The position numbers and the translations under genes are program-made. A stretch of DNA of 36,744 nucleotides, taken from IMG/VR virus record IMGVR_UViG_3300012844_000002, positions 1-36,744 of that record. One strand, given 5' to 3'. Below are positions 33,885 through 36,744 of the stretch, piece by piece. A model generated the notes under the pieces. It saw only the letters and a program-made list of their open reading frames with translations. It made no database searches and had not been told where the DNA came from. The first letter of the stretch is position 1, and each line of letters begins with the position of its first letter. This DNA is from a virus (taxonomy: Duplodnaviria > Caudoviricetes).

Positions 33885-34555
33885 TCGAATACCCAGCAGA
33901 ACTGCCGCTACCGCTGCAGGACGGCTACGCGCTGGACACCCCTGTCGATCCCATGCTCCGTACTCCAATGGTGTCGGGGCGCGCTCGGCAGCGGCTGAAC
34001 TTCGACGAAGTGCCATACCTGATCAACGCCAAATGGAACTGCGACCGCAACCAAATGGCGTTCTTTCAGGGTTGGTATGCCAGGGCATTGGTGCAGGGTG
34101 TGGAGTGGTTCAAGGCTACTTTGCTCACCCCGATAGGATTCAAAGAGTACGAGTGCCGCTTTGCCGGGCACTACACCGGCCCGACGCTTGTGCAGGTCAG
34201 CCGGTGGGAGTTCTCGGCAGTCCTTGAGCTGCGCGAGCCGCCCCTCATCCAACCGGGCTGGGAAGACTTCCCGCAGTTCTGGTTCATGATGAACATCATC
34301 GACCTGGCGGTTAACCGGGAGTGGCCGGAGTTCACGTTTGACTTCCAGACCTATGCAGCGGCGGTTTCTGCGATCCAGACATTGCAGCACGGACAAAGGA
34401 TCACCGTGGAAACGGACGAAACCCACGATGGAAGCCACGCGATCTACAGCGTAGTCCGCGCCGACAGCCCTTCCCTTGTGTTGGACTTCATTGCTAGTCA
34501 GTACCAATCCGGGCAGACATTGGACTATCTAAATCTGGTGCAGGTGTATGGATAA
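33881..34555 (+). CDS. Distal tail (Dit / gpM-like) protein with C-terminal extension
   Basis: YPAELPLP..DGY, RTPMVSGRARQR, GVEWF, ECRF; follows the tape measure. Confidence 0.8.
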   Translation: MIEYPAELPLPLQDGYALDTPVDPMLRTPMVSGRARQRLNFDEVPYLINAKWNCDRNQMAFFQGWYARALVQGVEWFKATLLTPIGFKEYECRFAGHYTGPTLVQVSRWEFSAVLELREPPLIQPGWEDFPQFWFMMNIIDLAVNREWPEFTFDFQTYAAAVSAIQTLQHGQRITVETDETHDGSHAIYSVVRADSPSLVLDFIASQYQSGQTLDYLNLVQVYG

Positions 34556-35732
34556 CAAGAGCTTTTCTGACCTGATTACGTTCACTAGGTCCACGACTGG
34601 AACGTTCCTCAACTCTGCCGGCCGGATTGTGACTGCTGCGATCGATGTTCCTCGATTTGAGTACGACGCATCAGGCGCTCCGCGAGGTCTGCTGTTTGAG
34701 CAACAGCGCGTAAATTTGGCGCTGCAGTCTGGCGACTTTGCCAATGCCGCCTGGACCAAGAGCGGTGCTACTGTGCCCGCTACTGCTGTTGTCGCACCTG
34801 ATGGCTCTCCGGCAGTGAAGTTGACCGAGAACACCGCAAACACCACGCACCAGGTATCCCAATCCGGCAAGGTGCTCACGGGTTCGACCAAATACTGTCG
34901 TTATGCGCTCGCCAAAGCTGACGGCAGTGGGCGCATGCTGTACCTAGAGACCGACAGCTTCGGGCAGTGGGTGAACTCAGGCAGCTGTCGATACAACCTG
35001 GACACAGGGGTTGTTGACGTTGCGTCGCCCGGTCTTGACGCGGTCGGTATGATCCCATACCCCAACGGTTGGTATCTGTGCTACCTGGTGGCCACAACCA
35101 TCGCAAGCCCTGCTGCCGTACCGTTCGATGTGCAGCTTGCAACCTCAGCAGGCCCGAGCTATTTGGGTGACGGTACGTCAGGTGCTTACATCTGGCACGC
35201 TCAACTTGAGGCCGGGGACGGCCCAAGTTCTCCCATCCCAACCATGGCTGCGCAAGTCACCAGAGCAGCTGACTTGGCGTTTGTTCCGGCCAGCAATTGG
35301 CTACAGGCAGGGGAAGGTACCTTGTTCTGTGAGTACGTGCCGGATGGGGTAACGGTAAACGCAGTATGTGCAAACTTGGGTACAACCAGCGCCGTCGGGA
35401 GGGTCATGCTCTGGTTGCGCGCTAGTGATCAGAAGGCATCGGCATGGGTTGTAAACGACGCTGCTGCTACGGAATTCTCTTCGGTTGTCGGTCCTGCATT
35501 TGCGCCCGGACAAACCATCAAACAGGCAATTGCTTACAAAGCAAACGACTTCCAGTTCTCAGCAGCTGGCGTTCTAGGGCCGAGCGATATGAGCGGCTCT
35601 CTGCCCACCATCGACCGATTGGCACTGGGTGCGCGCGGCGTATCAACCGATCACCTGCAAGGCCACATCCGCCGCATCAAATACTACCCGCGCCGACTGA
35701 GTGCGGGTGAACTCCAGGCGCTCACAGCATGA
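34548..35732 (+). CDS. Virion carbohydrate-binding / LamG-like spike-fibre protein
   Basis: ITFTRSTTGTF...PRFEYD...GLLFEQQRVNL, AQLEAG..SSPIPT...VTRAAD, GHIRRIKYYPRRLS. Confidence 0.75.
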   Translation: MDNKSFSDLITFTRSTTGTFLNSAGRIVTAAIDVPRFEYDASGAPRGLLFEQQRVNLALQSGDFANAAWTKSGATVPATAVVAPDGSPAVKLTENTANTTHQVSQSGKVLTGSTKYCRYALAKADGSGRMLYLETDSFGQWVNSGSCRYNLDTGVVDVASPGLDAVGMIPYPNGWYLCYLVATTIASPAAVPFDVQLATSAGPSYLGDGTSGAYIWHAQLEAGDGPSSPIPTMAAQVTRAADLAFVPASNWLQAGEGTLFCEYVPDGVTVNAVCANLGTTSAVGRVMLWLRASDQKASAWVVNDAAATEFSSVVGPAFAPGQTIKQAIAYKANDFQFSAAGVLGPSDMSGSLPTIDRLALGARGVSTDHLQGHIRRIKYYPRRLSAGELQALTA

Positions 35733-35968
35733 CCGACTATTACCTGAAGACACCGGACGCGGAGACCATGCGCGCCGCACTGGACGCACTGCCAGCCGAA
35801 GGCATCACCGTGGACGAGATCGGGAAGGTCTGTGTCGTGGTTGATCCTGAGGCAGGAACTGTCGAGAAGGTCGACGGCTACTACGCGAACGTGCGGAGCG
35901 ACCTCGATCTGGAATTCCCAGGCATCGAGGTCCTGCACCCTGAAACGCCATGGCGAGTATTCGCATAG
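35729..35968 (+). CDS. Small hypothetical protein coupled to the spike-fibre gene
   Basis: ATGA overlap; MTDYYLK...GYYANVR...PETPWRVFA. Confidence 0.7.
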   Translation: MTDYYLKTPDAETMRAALDALPAEGITVDEIGKVCVVVDPEAGTVEKVDGYYANVRSDLDLEFPGIEVLHPETPWRVFA

Positions 35969-35975
35969 GGGCATC

Positions 35976-36473
35976 ATGACGATTCTCGAAAACACCTACC
36001 GCGAGGCCCTGGCCTCTGGCGGTAAGGAGGCGTTCGTCCGCACGCTGGAGATCACATGCCCGGCCTGGTCTGCCCCGGTGCTGATCTGCAACGGGTTCAA
36101 GGACCGGGTTTGCGGAACTGAGGACGGTCGCCTCCTGACTTTCATTGCCGCAAACATCGGCATAGCGCTCCCACAGAAGAACAACAAGGGCAACCAGGCC
36201 CTGGCATTCGGCGTGGACAACACCACCGGCGCGGTCATGCAGCGTGCAGATGAGGCGCTGGATGCGATCGCCAGGGTAACCGCAACATACAGGGTGTACC
36301 TGGCCAGCAACCTATCGGCCCCATGCGAGAGGCCCTATCGCATGTCGGTCGACAGCGATTCCTTCGAGCAGAACCAGGCCACCTTGCAGTGCGGGTTTTT
36401 CGACATGATCGGCACGGCGTTTCCACGGGACATTGCGAACACCAAGCGTTTCCCCGGCCTCAAATACCTCTAA
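35976..36473 (+). CDS. DUF1833 / gpL-position tail tip protein
   Basis: TLEITCPAW, IALP, VDNTTG, YRVYL, RFPGLKYL. Confidence 0.8.
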   Translation: MTILENTYREALASGGKEAFVRTLEITCPAWSAPVLICNGFKDRVCGTEDGRLLTFIAANIGIALPQKNNKGNQALAFGVDNTTGAVMQRADEALDAIARVTATYRVYLASNLSAPCERPYRMSVDSDSFEQNQATLQCGFFDMIGTAFPRDIANTKRFPGLKYL

Positions 36474-36484
36474 GGGTTTCCCCT

Positions 36485-36744
36485 ATGGAATGGATTAACA
36501 AGTACCTGTCCTGCAGGTATGAGGACGGCGCTCGCGGTCCGGAAATATTCGATTGCTGGGGGCTGGTCAGGGAGGCGCGCCACCTGCACCTGGGCAAACG
36601 TCTGCTGCCGAGCTGGGGGCATGTGCGCAACACCGACCCGCGGGAGTTCACCCGGGCTTACCGGGCCGAGGTTGTGCACATGGAGGAGTGCCAGCCGGAG
36701 CATGGCGCCATCGCTGCCGTGATGCGCGGGCACATATGCGTGCA
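36485..36744 (+). CDS. NlpC/P60-like tail tip assembly protein (gpK position), truncated by the window
   Basis: Manual translation MEWINKYLSCRYEDGARGPEIFDCWGLVRE...; not in the ORF track. Confidence 0.8.
   Translation, partial: MEWINKYLSCRYEDGARGPEIFDCWGLVREARHLHLGKRLLPSWGHVRNTDPREFTRAYRAEVVHMEECQPEHGAIAAVMRGHICV

Larger units (their letters stand above)
1..36744. mobile_element. Lambdoid temperate phage/prophage (siphovirus-type), incomplete at both ends
   Basis: Canonical order: recombination - cI/cro - O/P - nin - Q - holin - terminase - portal - capsid - tail tube - tape measure - tail tip; no host housekeeping genes in the window. Confidence 0.97.

Noticed and set aside
1-36744. tRNA genes, integrase/att sites, DGR or retron reverse transcriptase, IS elements
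   Set aside because: None recognisable by eye; tRNAscan-SE and profile searches would be needed to exclude them formally

Overview
The whole window is most of a lambdoid, long-tailed (siphovirus-type) temperate phage or prophage. Gene content and style point to a Pseudomonas host (inference). Gene order: leftward early/accessory arm (1-9780) with ERF + YqaJ recombination genes; pL / cI / cro switch (10077-11240); antirepressor, stand-alone FtsK-gamma, O/P replication, ninB/ninG, Q-like (11273-16335); pR', holin-like genes, terminase, portal, head, tail tube, tape measure and tail tip (16357-end). No integrase/att site, endolysin or tail fibre is in the window. The most notable observation is at the left edge and is missing from the supplied ORF track because it runs off the window: a TGT/DpdA-like transglycosylase (<1..597, minus) coupled by an ATGA overlap to a tiny QueF-like T-fold protein (594..860), with a PP-loop PAPS-reductase-like enzyme (1349..2218) just upstream. 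Together these are a candidate minimal 7-deazaguanine DNA-modification module in a temperate phage. Also seen: a repeated hairpin+RBS leader that appears to delimit cassettes in the left arm, two tandem unannotated membrane micro-peptides, a long structured pL leader with a boxA-like element but no N gene, about ten morons, and a distal-tail gene whose C-terminal extension seems to carry the first motif of the next (lectin-like) protein. All family calls come from motif recognition by eye; no database search was run.
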